Origin: a virus | Taxonomy: Duplodnaviria > Caudoviricetes | Direction: 5' to 3' (one strand) | DNA: 54,981 bases | Virus record (IMG/VR): IMGVR_UViG_3300033412_000020 | Coordinates: 1 to 54,981 of that record | In this document: positions 38,259 to 48,245 of the stretch, one piece after another | Position numbering within the stretch: the stretch's first letter is position 1 | Layout: each line of letters opens with the position of its first letter | Translations under genes and position numbers: made by a program | Notes under the pieces: model-generated | Database searches by the model: none | What the model was told of the DNA's origin: nothing | The model's input: the letters and a program-made list of their open reading frames with translations, nothing else

Positions 38259-38906
38259 ATGGACAGCACCGACAGCCAGCATCTCCCGTTCCCCGAGGAC
38301 TTCGACCCCGGGGACGGTGCGCTGGACCTCCAGATCCTCGCCGAGGCTATCGACGCCAAGCTGTCAGCTCAGTTCGCGTCCATGCGGGGAGCGATCAACA
38401 AGAAGCTCAAGGTGTCCCAGATGAACGCGGACAGCGCGGCTTCTGCCTCTGGCACGCTCATCCAGCTCTATCCAACTTCAACCACCTGGACCACGCTGTT
38501 CGACTCGACGGGTGGCTCGGACACGGCTAACCCCTATGACCTGTCAGGGTTCACTGGTGGTGGTGTGTACCGGGTGGGGTTCTATTGCCGTAGCCAGCCA
38601 TCAGGAACCGTGGATGTCAACACGGAGCGGGATGCGTCGTTGAACGTCCAGGTGGCGCTCGACGCCTCGACTCCTTCGACCTTCCAGACGCAGATCCTCG
38701 CGGCCACGAGCTACGACACCAACAACGGCGTCGTCGTCCAGGTTGTGGATTCCGAGATCTTCCTGCCGTTCCCTGGCACGTTCCCGTTCGTCACGGGCGG
38801 CAGCAACATCCGGCCGTACTTCTTCCACCTAAACACGAGCAGCGGTGTGGCCGTCCTCGCCGGTTCATTGGCCTGGGTGGAGCGCGTCGGAGATTTGGAC
38901 GGATAA
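38259..38906 (+). CDS. minor tail protein
   Basis: LPFP...D......LQ.LAEAID N-terminal motif. Confidence 0.7.
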   Translation: MDSTDSQHLPFPEDFDPGDGALDLQILAEAIDAKLSAQFASMRGAINKKLKVSQMNADSAASASGTLIQLYPTSTTWTTLFDSTGGSDTANPYDLSGFTGGGVYRVGFYCRSQPSGTVDVNTERDASLNVQVALDASTPSTFQTQILAATSYDTNNGVVVQVVDSEIFLPFPGTFPFVTGGSNIRPYFFHLNTSSGVAVLAGSLAWVERVGDLDG

Positions 38907-39484
38907 TGCCTGGCACGACTTCCCTCGGAATCCCGTACCCGTTTCAGAACGAGACGGTAGACGCCGCGTCCTGGCAGAACATGGCGACCGCTGTCGACGC
39001 TCTGTTCACTCAGCTGAACTCGCTGAGCACGCTGGCGACGAACCGGCCGACCGCATCCATCTCTTCGACCGGCGCGGTAACCGGTATCGCCAGCGGCAGC
39101 ACGCTGGTCCAGTCGTTCGCCACTGAGGACTGGGACACAGGCGGGTACGCGAACCTCGGCGTCAACGCGGACCGGCTCACGCTGGACACGGGGATCTTCT
39201 ATGCCCGCTTCAACGTGCTGGTGACTCCGACCAACTCGGCCACGAACATCACGCTGGTGCGGACTTTCCTCGTGCTGGACGGGTTGACGCTCGGCGCGGT
39301 GGAGACAGACCAGGCCGAGACGGACAACGGCAGCGCGGGCCAGGTAGCTACCAGCATGATGGCCGTGTACAACAACGGGGCTGTCCTGCAAGGCGTCTAC
39401 AGCTTCTTCGGTACTGGCGGTACCGCCTTCTCCGGCTCAGCCACCTTGCAGGTTTACAAGATCCGTGAACTACTCGATCAGTGA
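38906..39484 (+). CDS. minor tail protein
   Basis: T.LGIPYP....A.AVD N-terminal motif. Confidence 0.7.
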   Translation: MPGTTSLGIPYPFQNETVDAASWQNMATAVDALFTQLNSLSTLATNRPTASISSTGAVTGIASGSTLVQSFATEDWDTGGYANLGVNADRLTLDTGIFYARFNVLVTPTNSATNITLVRTFLVLDGLTLGAVETDQAETDNGSAGQVATSMMAVYNNGAVLQGVYSFFGTGGTAFSGSATLQVYKIRELLDQ

Positions 39485-40554
39485 AAGTTATCTGCTTCCC
39501 GGCCGACGACATCGGTTGCGGGTCGTACCGGATCAGCTGGCCGGCGCAGTACCTGGCTTACCAGGGTCACGATGTGCACCTTTCGCTGCTGGGACGCCGG
39601 GGCTCCGGCCTGTTCGAGTTGATCACAGATGCAGATGGTCGGCTCACCGAGGTGAAGATTCCTAGGGATACCGATGTCGTGGTATTCCAACGCATTTCGC
39701 GCCGCATCCACGCTGAAGCCCTGCTCTGGCTTCGCAAAGTGGGGGTAGCGGTAGTGCATGACATGGATGACGACCTTGGGCGTATCCATTCCAAGAGTGC
39801 CGCGCTGGCCACGTATGAAGATCCCGGGGGCCATTCCTGGAAATGGTGCGAGCTGGCCTGCCGCAATGCAACGCTGGTAACGACGTCGACTGAACGCCTC
39901 AAAGAGGTGTACGGATTCGGTCATGGTCATGTCATCGATAACTACGTACCCGGGAGCTACACGGAGACCGAGCATCAGGATTCCGCGTTGTTCGGTTGGG
40001 GCGGTTCGACGGCGGCGCACCCGGAAGACCTGGCGCAGGTTGGCCGTAGCGTGCGCAAGCTTGTTGATGAGGGGCATCGGTTCATGGTGGTCGGACCACC
40101 GTCGGATGTCCAGCGACAACTTCACCTGAAGCCATACCCCCGCGTGTTCCGCAACGGCGTGCTGGTGGATTCGCTGTACACGGGCCGGATCGAACTGATG
40201 GATTGGGCCCGGGGTCTGGCGTTGCTTGGTGTCGGAATCGCACCACTTCAAGACACTCTGTTCAACGCTGCGAAGTCTCGCCTGAAACTGGCAGAAATGT
40301 CAGCCGTTGGGGTGCCTTGGGTGGCTTCACCTTCGGCTGAGTACCAGCGCTTCCACAAAGAGAGCTGCACGGGTATATTGGCGTGTAGCCCCACCGAGTG
40401 GTATCGAGGGCTGAAGCGGCTCTTGGGCGACCCGTCCATGCGGGCTGAGATGGGAGAAGCCGGGCGCACTTACATGCGCACGCAGACGATCGAGGAGAAC
40501 GCATGGCGCTGGCTAGAGGCCTGGACGAGAGCACTCGCGTTACAGCGAGGCTGA
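39481..40554 (+). CDS. glycosyltransferase (GT-B, family 4-like)
   Basis: GC..YRI..P, VFQR, DMDDD, GWGGS..H..DL, IAPL....FN.AKS.LK..E motifs. Confidence 0.85.
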   Translation: MKVICFPADDIGCGSYRISWPAQYLAYQGHDVHLSLLGRRGSGLFELITDADGRLTEVKIPRDTDVVVFQRISRRIHAEALLWLRKVGVAVVHDMDDDLGRIHSKSAALATYEDPGGHSWKWCELACRNATLVTTSTERLKEVYGFGHGHVIDNYVPGSYTETEHQDSALFGWGGSTAAHPEDLAQVGRSVRKLVDEGHRFMVVGPPSDVQRQLHLKPYPRVFRNGVLVDSLYTGRIELMDWARGLALLGVGIAPLQDTLFNAAKSRLKLAEMSAVGVPWVASPSAEYQRFHKESCTGILACSPTEWYRGLKRLLGDPSMRAEMGEAGRTYMRTQTIEENAWRWLEAWTRALALQRG

Positions 40555-40583
40555 AGACGCTGGTGGGCGGGAAGGTTACCTAC

Positions 40584-41279
40584 ATGGCCGACTACCTGCC
40601 GCTGCACGAGAACCGAGGACGGTTCGCGATCATTCCCTCCAAGGGAAACCGCAACGACAACCTGGTCACTCTGACGACCAAGCTCTGGTCAGAGGACATT
40701 TTTCCCTACATCATCGATACGAGCGAAGACGGGAGGCTCTTCGATGCCTTCCTGGGTAAGCCGGAAGTCACGGTCATCCCAGCGATCATTGGCGACATCA
40801 AAGAGATCAACATTTCTCGCTGGTGGATGCTGGGGCTGTACAACGTTCGTCTCACCGCGACACACCTAGGTCTTCCAGCCTGGGACGTGGCCATCCTGAA
40901 TGACGATTGCCTGCCAGACTTCGGCTGGTTCGACCGTGTCTCCACAGCGATGCGCCGGGACGGATCGTACGCAGCCTGCTCTGGCACCAGCGGCCACAAG
41001 CTGACTGTGCCGCAGCCGGTGAATCTCTGGTACCGCATGACGGGCTGGGCGTTCATCGTTGCCGGCGAGTCAGATCTCCGGCCGGATTCGCGCCAGCGCT
41101 GGTGGTACAGCGACGACGCCATCGACTGGAGAGCCCGCAAGATGGGCGGCATGACCATGGTGGCTAGCGGGCTCGTACCGCACTTCCATCCCAATGGCCA
41201 GATGACGCCCGAGCTTCAAGTCGTCGCGGCCGAAGATCGTCAACGTTTCATCGAGAGCTGGGGAGAGGCGCCATTTTAG
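40584..41279 (+). CDS. glycosyltransferase (GT-A, family 2-like)
   Basis: AIIP, ILNDD, GWAF, WWYSDD motifs. Confidence 0.75.
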   Translation: MADYLPLHENRGRFAIIPSKGNRNDNLVTLTTKLWSEDIFPYIIDTSEDGRLFDAFLGKPEVTVIPAIIGDIKEINISRWWMLGLYNVRLTATHLGLPAWDVAILNDDCLPDFGWFDRVSTAMRRDGSYAACSGTSGHKLTVPQPVNLWYRMTGWAFIVAGESDLRPDSRQRWWYSDDAIDWRARKMGGMTMVASGLVPHFHPNGQMTPELQVVAAEDRQRFIESWGEAPF

Positions 41280-41455
41280 TGACCGACTTAAGCGAGGAAG
41301 ACTGGGCGAACTTCGTTGTCTACATGGAATTCAAGAGCTACTACCTGAAGCACTTGAAGTGTAGGGAAACGATAGATCTCGGTGGCGGTCCTCAGCGCCT
41401 GGAAGACCTGAAGTACGAAGCTGCGTACCACCTAAGCCAGGGGTGCAATCTATGA
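41279..41455 (+). CDS. small hypothetical protein (58 aa)
   Basis: Coupled at both ends (TAGTG and ATGA overlaps). Confidence 0.5.
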   Translation: MTDLSEEDWANFVVYMEFKSYYLKHLKCRETIDLGGGPQRLEDLKYEAAYHLSQGCNL

Positions 41456-41793
41456 AATCTGATCCCGACTACAGGGACCATCTTGGTCGAGTAGCCAATC
41501 ACTTCGCCAACAATCCTGAGACTCAACTGATCAAACTGATGGAAGAGTGCGGCGAGGCTGCGGCTGCATGGATCGGGGCAACGGGCACCAACCCCCGCAA
41601 GGGATTCAGTCACAACATCGGTGATGTTGGTGACGAGTTAGCAGACGTCGTCGCGACTGCACTCGTAGCCATGGTGATGCTCGGCTTCGATCCCTTCGAA
41701 CTGATAACCAGGCAACAGGAGAAAGCGGAAGGAAGGTTGCTCGATGCACCTGCACACGTTTCTGGCGGAACTGCACAGACGCTTGAAGCCTGA
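41452..41793 (+). CDS. MazG-like nucleotide pyrophosphohydrolase
   Basis: KL.EE.GEAA.A.IG..G.NPRKG.......DELADV motif. Confidence 0.85.
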   Translation: MKSDPDYRDHLGRVANHFANNPETQLIKLMEECGEAAAAWIGATGTNPRKGFSHNIGDVGDELADVVATALVAMVMLGFDPFELITRQQEKAEGRLLDAPAHVSGGTAQTLEA

Positions 41794-42409
41794 GGTCTAC
41801 CTGGAGGTGGGAGTCCAATTTGGGACCAGCCTGTTGCTGGCCATAGGATCCAACACGGCCATCGGCATCGATCCGAACCCGCTGATCACGGATGACGATC
41901 TGAGCGTCCTCATGGGAGACAACCAGCGGATCATCAAGGCCACCTCGAACGAGGCGTTCGGGCCCACCATGGCGATCGAGTATCCACCGATCGACCTCGC
42001 CTTCATCGACGGCCTGCACCACGCCGAGCAAGCACTGAAGGACTTCATCCACATCGCTCGCCGGCTCGCCCCGGCCGGCGTGATCGTCTTCGACGACGTG
42101 CTACCGCGCAATCAGGGCGAGGCCGCACGCCGGCAATGCCCGGGCGACTGGACCGGCGACGTGTGGCGTATCGCAGCGAAGATCAACGCGATGCCGGGAG
42201 TCAGCTCGATCTACGTCAACACGGAACCCACGGGCGTGCTGGTGGTGACCAGCGTGACCAAGGAGGCGATCACCGTACTGTCACGGCAGGTCCCGCACTT
42301 CACTCGCATGTTCCAGGAGGAGATCGACGTGCCGCAGTCGATCCTGAACCGCGAGCTAGCCTGGGGCCCGTTGCCCGCGCTTGATCACATTGCTAGCTTC
42401 GTCGCATGA
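41744..42409 (+). CDS. class I SAM-dependent methyltransferase
   Basis: YLEVGV..G.S, GIDP, DLAFIDGLH, G.IVFDD, WTGDVW motifs. Confidence 0.85.
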   Translation: MHLHTFLAELHRRLKPEVYLEVGVQFGTSLLLAIGSNTAIGIDPNPLITDDDLSVLMGDNQRIIKATSNEAFGPTMAIEYPPIDLAFIDGLHHAEQALKDFIHIARRLAPAGVIVFDDVLPRNQGEAARRQCPGDWTGDVWRIAAKINAMPGVSSIYVNTEPTGVLVVTSVTKEAITVLSRQVPHFTRMFQEEIDVPQSILNRELAWGPLPALDHIASFVA

Positions 42410-43230
42410 GGAAGAAGATCGCGGTCACAGGCTCGGGTGGATTCATCGGGCAGTACGTCGAGAAGGTCATCGTCGACAACGGCGACGACTTCATTCCGTT
42501 CGATCGTGTCGACGGCCACAACGTACTGGGTAGCCTGCGCGGACTCGAAGGCGCCAGCACGGTCATCCACCTGGCCGGCATGCTGGGGACAGCTGAGCTG
42601 TTCGACCTGCCTGAGCGTGCCGTGGAAGAGAACGTCATCGGCACGCTGCGCATCCTAGAGTGGTGCCGGGACAACGGGGGCGGCTTCGTTGGGATCACCA
42701 TGCCGGACAGCTCCTGGGCCAACGTCTACCAGGCCACGAAGCTCTGTGCGATGCGCCTGGCGACCGCCTGGCACCGCAACATGGGCGTTCCGGTCGCGCA
42801 CGTGCGCGCCTTCAATGCGTACGGTCCCGGCCAGAAGCATGGCGACCTGCATCCCCAGAAGATCATCCCGACCTTCGCTTACCACGCTTGGCGGGGGTCA
42901 CCTATCCCGATCTGGGGCGACGGCAAGCAGACCGTTGACCTGGTGCACGTTCAGGACGTAGCTCAGATGCTGTACCAGGCAACTCGGTTCGGTGATGACG
43001 AGGTCTTCGACGCCGGCACCGGAGTCTCCATGCCAGTGAATATGGTGGCCGCCCTGGTCAACATGGTCACCGGAAACGAGGCCGGCGTTACCTATTACCC
43101 CATGCGGGCCGGTGAGGAACCGAACAGTCACATCGCGGCACGCGGTGAAGGTTGGCACCGGATCGGCTGGACACCAACCCTGGACATCAACCTGCTCGCA
43201 GAGACTGTACGCTCCTACAAGCCTTCCTGA
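42406..43230 (+). CDS. NAD-dependent epimerase/dehydratase
   Basis: VTGSGGFIG, HLAG, YQATK (YxxxK), FNAYGPGQ, GDGKQT.D.VHV.D motifs. Confidence 0.92.
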   Translation: MRKKIAVTGSGGFIGQYVEKVIVDNGDDFIPFDRVDGHNVLGSLRGLEGASTVIHLAGMLGTAELFDLPERAVEENVIGTLRILEWCRDNGGGFVGITMPDSSWANVYQATKLCAMRLATAWHRNMGVPVAHVRAFNAYGPGQKHGDLHPQKIIPTFAYHAWRGSPIPIWGDGKQTVDLVHVQDVAQMLYQATRFGDDEVFDAGTGVSMPVNMVAALVNMVTGNEAGVTYYPMRAGEEPNSHIAARGEGWHRIGWTPTLDINLLAETVRSYKPS

Positions 43231-43279
43231 GATTTGGGAAAAAACCTCTCCGAAAAGGACAGTCCACATTGGACAGTCA

Positions 43280-43939
43280 GTGAAAGCTCGCATCTACTCC
43301 GCCTTGTACGGAAGCTACGAGGAGCCCAAGTCCCTGCCTGCGGGTACACGAGGGCTCCTTTACGCTGACCGTCCCTACCTGTCGCGCGGCTGGGCGTACT
43401 CAGTCGCCAGGCATAACATCGTGACCCGGAAGGGTGACCCGCTACTGGTCGCCCCGATGCTGGCGCACAAGTACTGGAAGTGTCACCCTGGAGAGGCGTT
43501 GCCTAATGCGGATATTTCGATGTGGGTGGACGCGTCGATCCGGCTGGAGCCTGGATTCTTCGAGCGGGCAGTGGAAGCCCTCGGAGAAGATGACTGGCTT
43601 CTGGTACGACATCCATGGCGTAACTGTGTATACGAGGAGGTGGCGTATTCTGCCTCACTACCTCGGTATCAATCACTTAGTGCCGACCTTGAAGCACAAT
43701 CAGCCTGGTATGTGTCCCTGGGGCACCCGGCCAAGGGGGGCCTCCCGGCCACCGGGGTCATGGTCAGAAGACACACGCCCGAGGTCCTGGAAGCGTCGCG
43801 GCACTGGTGGCAAGAGTGCCTGAACTGGAGCCACCAGGACCAGGTCAGCCTGCCAGTCATACTGGACATGCTGAAGATCAAATACCGCTACGGACTGGAA
43901 TGGATGGATGGATGGGAAACCTTCCCACACAGCAAGTGA
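43280..43939 (+). CDS. glycosyltransferase-like protein (DUF616-like)
   Basis: YSAL.G.YE, KYWK..P, WVDAS, HP.RNCVYEE, DQVSLP motifs. Confidence 0.75.
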   Translation: MKARIYSALYGSYEEPKSLPAGTRGLLYADRPYLSRGWAYSVARHNIVTRKGDPLLVAPMLAHKYWKCHPGEALPNADISMWVDASIRLEPGFFERAVEALGEDDWLLVRHPWRNCVYEEVAYSASLPRYQSLSADLEAQSAWYVSLGHPAKGGLPATGVMVRRHTPEVLEASRHWWQECLNWSHQDQVSLPVILDMLKIKYRYGLEWMDGWETFPHSK

Positions 43940-44532
43940 CGTCAAGTGATGTCACGGTCGCCATCCCGGTTCACCCGGCCCGCATTCGTAACGGAATGCT
44001 CCAGCGGGCGGTCGACTCCGTCTGGGCTCAGACCAGGCTTCCAGATCAGCTCTCCATCGCTGTCGATGTGCGCGGCGATGGTGCGGCCAAGACTCGCCAG
44101 CGCGCGCTGGACGCGGTCAACACTCGATGGGTCGCGTTCCTCGACTCCGACGACAAGCTGCTGCCGCAGCACCTCCAGGCACTCACCGAGGTAGCGGAAC
44201 GCCTCGACGCAGTGTTCGTGTACTCCTGGTTCGAGCCGGTCGGGTTCGGCGCTGATCCGCTCGGGCACTTCGGTAAGCCCTTTGACCCCCGGAACCCACA
44301 TCACACGACCATGACCGTCCTGGTGGATACAAAGCTCGCTCAGGAAGTCGGCTTTGTCGCCCCAGAACCAGGTAGCACCTGCGGGAATGAAGACTGGCGC
44401 TTCATCCTGGGTATCTGCAAGCTCGCGGTCGAGCGGGGGCTGCTCATGACTCACCTCGCTGAGCGTACCTGGCAGTACCACTACCACGGGAACAACACGT
44501 CAGGCATGCCGCACCAGGGGGACGCGCAATGA
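43936..44532 (+). CDS. glycosyltransferase family 2
   Basis: VTVAIP, RAVDSV.AQT, WVAFLDSDD, EDW motifs. Confidence 0.88.
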   Translation: MTSSDVTVAIPVHPARIRNGMLQRAVDSVWAQTRLPDQLSIAVDVRGDGAAKTRQRALDAVNTRWVAFLDSDDKLLPQHLQALTEVAERLDAVFVYSWFEPVGFGADPLGHFGKPFDPRNPHHTTMTVLVDTKLAQEVGFVAPEPGSTCGNEDWRFILGICKLAVERGLLMTHLAERTWQYHYHGNNTSGMPHQGDAQ

Positions 44533-44690
44533 GTCGGGCCCGCATCCAGCAGTACGAGCGACGTTGGAACCGATATGTCCACCGATGTCGGAAGCTGGGA
44601 GCTTCGCCGCTTATGACCGTCTGGGAGCGTCGCTACCTTCGCCTGATCGCCCGCTGGTACGAGGGATATTACGGGAATAAGCCCGTATGA
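44529..44690 (+). CDS. small basic hypothetical protein (53 aa)
   Basis: ATGA overlap with the previous gene, fills the gap before the lysin. Confidence 0.4.
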   Translation: MSRARIQQYERRWNRYVHRCRKLGASPLMTVWERRYLRLIARWYEGYYGNKPV

Positions 44691-44697
44691 TCAGCCC

Positions 44698-45558
44698 ATG
44701 GAAGGCGTGGACTACTCGTTTGACCCCCCGTCGCCAGCATCGCTGAAGGCGGCGGGGAAGACCTTCGCCATGACATACATCGGGCCTGGCAGCGAAGGTA
44801 AGCAGCTCGACGACTTCGAGCGCGACCAGCTCTGGGCCAATGGGCTCGCTATCTGTCTGCTGGCCGAGGGCACCGAGCAGGGCGCGCTCGGGGGCGCCTC
44901 GGTAGGTATCCAGCACGCCCAGGCGGTCCAGGCCGACCTGAAAGACCTCAGCGTGCCGGACTCGATCCCGGTCTACTTCGCAGTCGACTTCAACGCGACC
45001 GCGACACAGTGGCCCCTCGTGGCAAGCTACTTCCGAGGCGCCGCCAGCGTGCTGGGTGCAGCTCGTATTGGCCTGTACGGCGGATACTGGCAGGTCTCCT
45101 GGGGTGTGCGAGACAACATCGCGGCCTACTTCTTCCAGACGTATGGCTGGAGCATCGTCAACGGCGTTCTGACCTGGCATCCGGCCGCCCACATTCAGCA
45201 GTACAAAAACAACGTCGTCATCGGGACCGGGACGGCCGACTTGTGCCGCTCCATGAAGCCGAATTTCGGACAATGGGTTAAAGGAGGCAGTTCGGTGACA
45301 CAACCGTCTTATGTGGAGCTAGGACACCAATGGGACGGCTCCTACCTGATCAAGCGCATGGAGTCGCTGTGCCGGATGGACGCGGAGTACACGGTCACGA
45401 AGCCCGACGGCAGCAAAGCCACCGAGGTCAATGACCTGGTGGTGGCGCTGAACACGTTGCTGGCCAAGGTAAACGCGCCCACGACTGGCGGTCTCACCGA
45501 GGCACAGATTCGCCAGATTGTGCGCGAGGAGCTAAACAAGACAAAGCTCACCAGCTAA
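44698..45558 (+). CDS. endolysin, GH25-like (DUF1906) glycoside hydrolase
   Basis: GVDYS, PVYFAVDF, YFRGA.SVLG..R.G.YG, QTYGWS motifs, next to a holin-like gene. Confidence 0.85.
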   Translation: MEGVDYSFDPPSPASLKAAGKTFAMTYIGPGSEGKQLDDFERDQLWANGLAICLLAEGTEQGALGGASVGIQHAQAVQADLKDLSVPDSIPVYFAVDFNATATQWPLVASYFRGAASVLGAARIGLYGGYWQVSWGVRDNIAAYFFQTYGWSIVNGVLTWHPAAHIQQYKNNVVIGTGTADLCRSMKPNFGQWVKGGSSVTQPSYVELGHQWDGSYLIKRMESLCRMDAEYTVTKPDGSKATEVNDLVVALNTLLAKVNAPTTGGLTEAQIRQIVREELNKTKLTS

Positions 45559-45601
45559 CCGGAATACGCGAATGTCTGTCATATCTGGCAAGATTGAGGA
45601 C

Positions 45602-45958
45602 ATGAAGACCATGCCCTGGCCGATAGCTCTCGTAGTGACCGTGGCGATCGTTGTCATCGGTGTCCTGTCTGCCATGGGTAAAGATCCCGTGACCGTCGTC
45701 GGCGCCATCGTGTTGCTGCTGGGAGCGTTCGGATATGCCGAGTTGCGCGAGATCAAAGGCAACACCAACGGCAACATGAGCAAGCTGATGGAGCAGAACA
45801 CAGCTTTGCTGACTGAGCTTGCCGAGTACCGACGGACCGCCGCCCAGAACTTCCAGCAGGCACTGGAGAACCCCGCCATCCCGGCCAAGGATGTGGTGAC
45901 CGCCATCTTGCCAGCCACCACCCAGAACCAGGGCACGCCCTATGACCGTCACCCGTGA
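45602..45958 (+). CDS. holin-like membrane protein
   Basis: Two TM segments followed by NTNG, directly after the lysin. Confidence 0.7.
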   Translation: MKTMPWPIALVVTVAIVVIGVLSAMGKDPVTVVGAIVLLLGAFGYAELREIKGNTNGNMSKLMEQNTALLTELAEYRRTAAQNFQQALENPAIPAKDVVTAILPATTQNQGTPYDRHP

Positions 45959-46316
45959 CTACGTCTGGCGGTTGACCCCCAAGGAAGACGAGGACCTGGC
46001 CGACTTGTCACGCCGAGCGCGCAAGGTCCTCGCCTGGGCCTGCGAGGGCGACAAGCGGCTCACCTGCAAGGGCGTGAGCGGGGAAGCGTTCGGGTTCGTC
46101 GAGATCGGGTTCACTGTAGTGGGCCGGGACTTGTGGGCGGCCGGCCAGATCGGTCAGGACATCATCAACTTGGCCACCCAGCGTCTCATCCACCCAGCCC
46201 GCGCTTCGGTCCTCATGGAGCCGCTGGAGCCCCACAACCATCGGGGATATGCCCATGGACGAACGAAGCGCGTCAACCGACCGCGAGGTCAGCGACGCGC
46301 TTCGGGCGAGGACTAA
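45942..46316 (+). CDS. hypothetical protein
   Basis: Last ORF of the rightward operon, typical codon usage. Confidence 0.55.
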   Translation: MTVTRDYVWRLTPKEDEDLADLSRRARKVLAWACEGDKRLTCKGVSGEAFGFVEIGFTVVGRDLWAAGQIGQDIINLATQRLIHPARASVLMEPLEPHNHRGYAHGRTKRVNRPRGQRRASGED

Positions 46317-46322
46317 CGCGCC

Positions 46323-46547
46323 TCAGACGGTGGGGGGCTTCACCGCCGCGTCCACCGGCACCTCGATGCCGTGCTCGCGCAGCGTGTTAGCTAGCAGCAG
46401 GTTGTACGCCTGACGGTCGGTGCTCTCCTGGTTCACGATCCTGTGAACTCCTCTGATCTCTTTCCAGAGCACCAGAAACGCCGCACTCAGTGGGACTGAT
46501 GCTCCCGCGATGGCGCCCACCACAACTGCTATGTCCCCCGAGGTCAT
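46323..46547 (-). CDS. small membrane protein
   Basis: One TM segment, then HRIVN motif. Confidence 0.6.
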   Translation of the reverse strand: MTSGDIAVVVGAIAGASVPLSAAFLVLWKEIRGVHRIVNQESTDRQAYNLLLANTLREHGIEVPVDAAVKPPTV

Positions 46548-47230
46548 TACGGCACCATGCCGTCGCTGTAGACGTTGTCGTAGTCAGTGACTCCTCGGGC
46601 ACTCAGGTGCGCTTCGATCTCTTCGTCGATGAGCTTCTGGTTAGCGACCGGCTTCGTTGGTTTCATCAGCCAGTCGTACTGGTGCTTGACCGCCCAGGCG
46701 TCCACGAGAGCGTGGTGCTCGATCAGCGGCGGTTCTTTCTCGACCGCCTGCCGCATGTCGTGCCAGACGGTCTCGCTGAGGATGCGTCGGAGCTGCTGGA
46801 GATCGTTCATCATCATCGGTAGGTTGCCCGGGACATCCTTGAACGGTCCGAAGAGCTGGGACAGCAGCACCATGTCGAAGGCGCAGTAATCGCCCCACAG
46901 CTCAACCCAGTCACCGCCGAGGAACGCTCGCGCCTTCTCGCGCAGCTCGTACAGTTCCATGAGGTGTTCGCTCTGACTGTTGGTGGGGTCCCATTCCAGG
47001 ATCGAGCCGGCCAGCCCGCGCCACTCGAACGGTGCCAGTGGCAGATGCGGCCACACGTGGTCGACGATGAACTGATCCATCGCCAACGCGCCCAGCGGGA
47101 CCTCCGCGTTGATCGCGTAGAACTCGTTGCCAGCGTCGTCGACCATGCCGAGCGAGATCAGGTGTAGTGGATGACCGGCGCCCCGGTTCAGGAACTCGGT
47201 TTCCACGAAAATGCGTTTTTCGCGCATCAT
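46547..47230 (-). CDS. 3'-5' exoribonuclease, DEDD / Rv2179c-like
   Basis: xTEF, LISLGMV....EFYA, ELWG.Y.A.D.V.L.QLFG, HHAL.DA motifs. First acidic residue is E rather than D. Confidence 0.85.
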   Translation of the reverse strand: MMREKRIFVETEFLNRGAGHPLHLISLGMVDDAGNEFYAINAEVPLGALAMDQFIVDHVWPHLPLAPFEWRGLAGSILEWDPTNSQSEHLMELYELREKARAFLGGDWVELWGDYCAFDMVLLSQLFGPFKDVPGNLPMMMNDLQQLRRILSETVWHDMRQAVEKEPPLIEHHALVDAWAVKHQYDWLMKPTKPVANQKLIDEEIEAHLSARGVTDYDNVYSDGMVP

Positions 47231-47409
47231 TTCTCCTCCTTGGCCTGTTTGTGCTGAATTTGCAGCTCGGTGAACGCGCCCCGGATCAGTTCCGCGTCAG
47301 GACCCCACATGTAGCCCACCACGCAGCCACTGGGGCACGAGAACTGGACCAACGTGTGCTCGGCCTGGGTGACGGACACCTTGCCGTGTAAGCGGTGTGC
47401 GTTGCTCAT
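47227..47409 (-). CDS. hypothetical protein
   Basis: Coupled ORF. Confidence 0.5.
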   Translation of the reverse strand: MSNAHRLHGKVSVTQAEHTLVQFSCPSGCVVGYMWGPDAELIRGAFTELQIQHKQAKEEK

Positions 47410-47690
47410 GGCTCTTCCCGAGGGATGTCCGCGAGCATGCGTAGCGCTTGGTCCTCGACTGTTGGCCAGAGCATCGTGTAGATGGTTCTGACCAGGTGCC
47501 AGGGGGTCAGCTGCTGCAGCATGAACTCCTGAGCCAGGTCAGCGTGGCGCTGACCCGCCTCGGGATCGCCGAGAACCTGGGCCATGTACGAGCTGACCAG
47601 GTGGGCGAGAACCTGGTCCATGACGACGCGGATCTCCCCATCCACCAAGCTCGGGTCGTCGTCCCATTCGGTCGTCATGGACTCGCTCAT
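47406..47690 (-). CDS. hypothetical protein
   Basis: Coupled ORF. Confidence 0.55.
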   Translation of the reverse strand: MSESMTTEWDDDPSLVDGEIRVVMDQVLAHLVSSYMAQVLGDPEAGQRHADLAQEFMLQQLTPWHLVRTIYTMLWPTVEDQALRMLADIPREEP

Positions 47691-48244
47691 TCCGGCTCCA
47701 ACGCTTCGCCGTAGCCGGCCGCGCGCACCAGCTCCACCATTTCACGGACCTGCACGGCGACGTACCAGCTGTCGACGTGCTCTTTCTTGCCCGGCGGGCA
47801 GTACCTGACCTGCCGTCGGACCCCGCGCAGGTTCGCCGAGATCTCCCGAGTGTTGCGCACCTGGACGGTATTCCACATCATGTGGTCCTCGCCGGCCTGC
47901 TTGACCGCCTCGGCCTGGAGGCGCATGAAGTCACCCAAGTACATGAACGCCGGCCACTGGCCGACGCTGAGAGCGCCAAGGCCAGGTGTCTTGCAGACCA
48001 GGATCGCGTGATCTGCCTTGCCGTTGGCTCGCTCCACATAGGTCTCGCGAAGCCAGGGACCGAGCTGGAAGCCACGGTGGGCGAGCTTGCACTCCCAGAC
48101 CAGACCAGGACAGCCCGTGACGTCGCCCTTGTCGAGAGCCCCCTGGAGGGACCGGCGCTCCGCGTACGGAAAGCCGGTCTCCTTCAGGTAGTTCACGAAG
48201 GCTGTCTCGACGGCAGTCCCCGCGATCTTGGGTTTGTTGACCAT
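47687..48244 (-). CDS. Holliday junction resolvase-like nuclease
   Basis: K..GT..ET..V.YL...GF..AERR...G..D.GD......V.ECK motif. Confidence 0.8.
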   Translation of the reverse strand: MVNKPKIAGTAVETAFVNYLKETGFPYAERRSLQGALDKGDVTGCPGLVWECKLAHRGFQLGPWLRETYVERANGKADHAILVCKTPGLGALSVGQWPAFMYLGDFMRLQAEAVKQAGEDHMMWNTVQVRNTREISANLRGVRRQVRYCPPGKKEHVDSWYVAVQVREMVELVRAAGYGEALEPE

Positions 48245-48245
48245 G

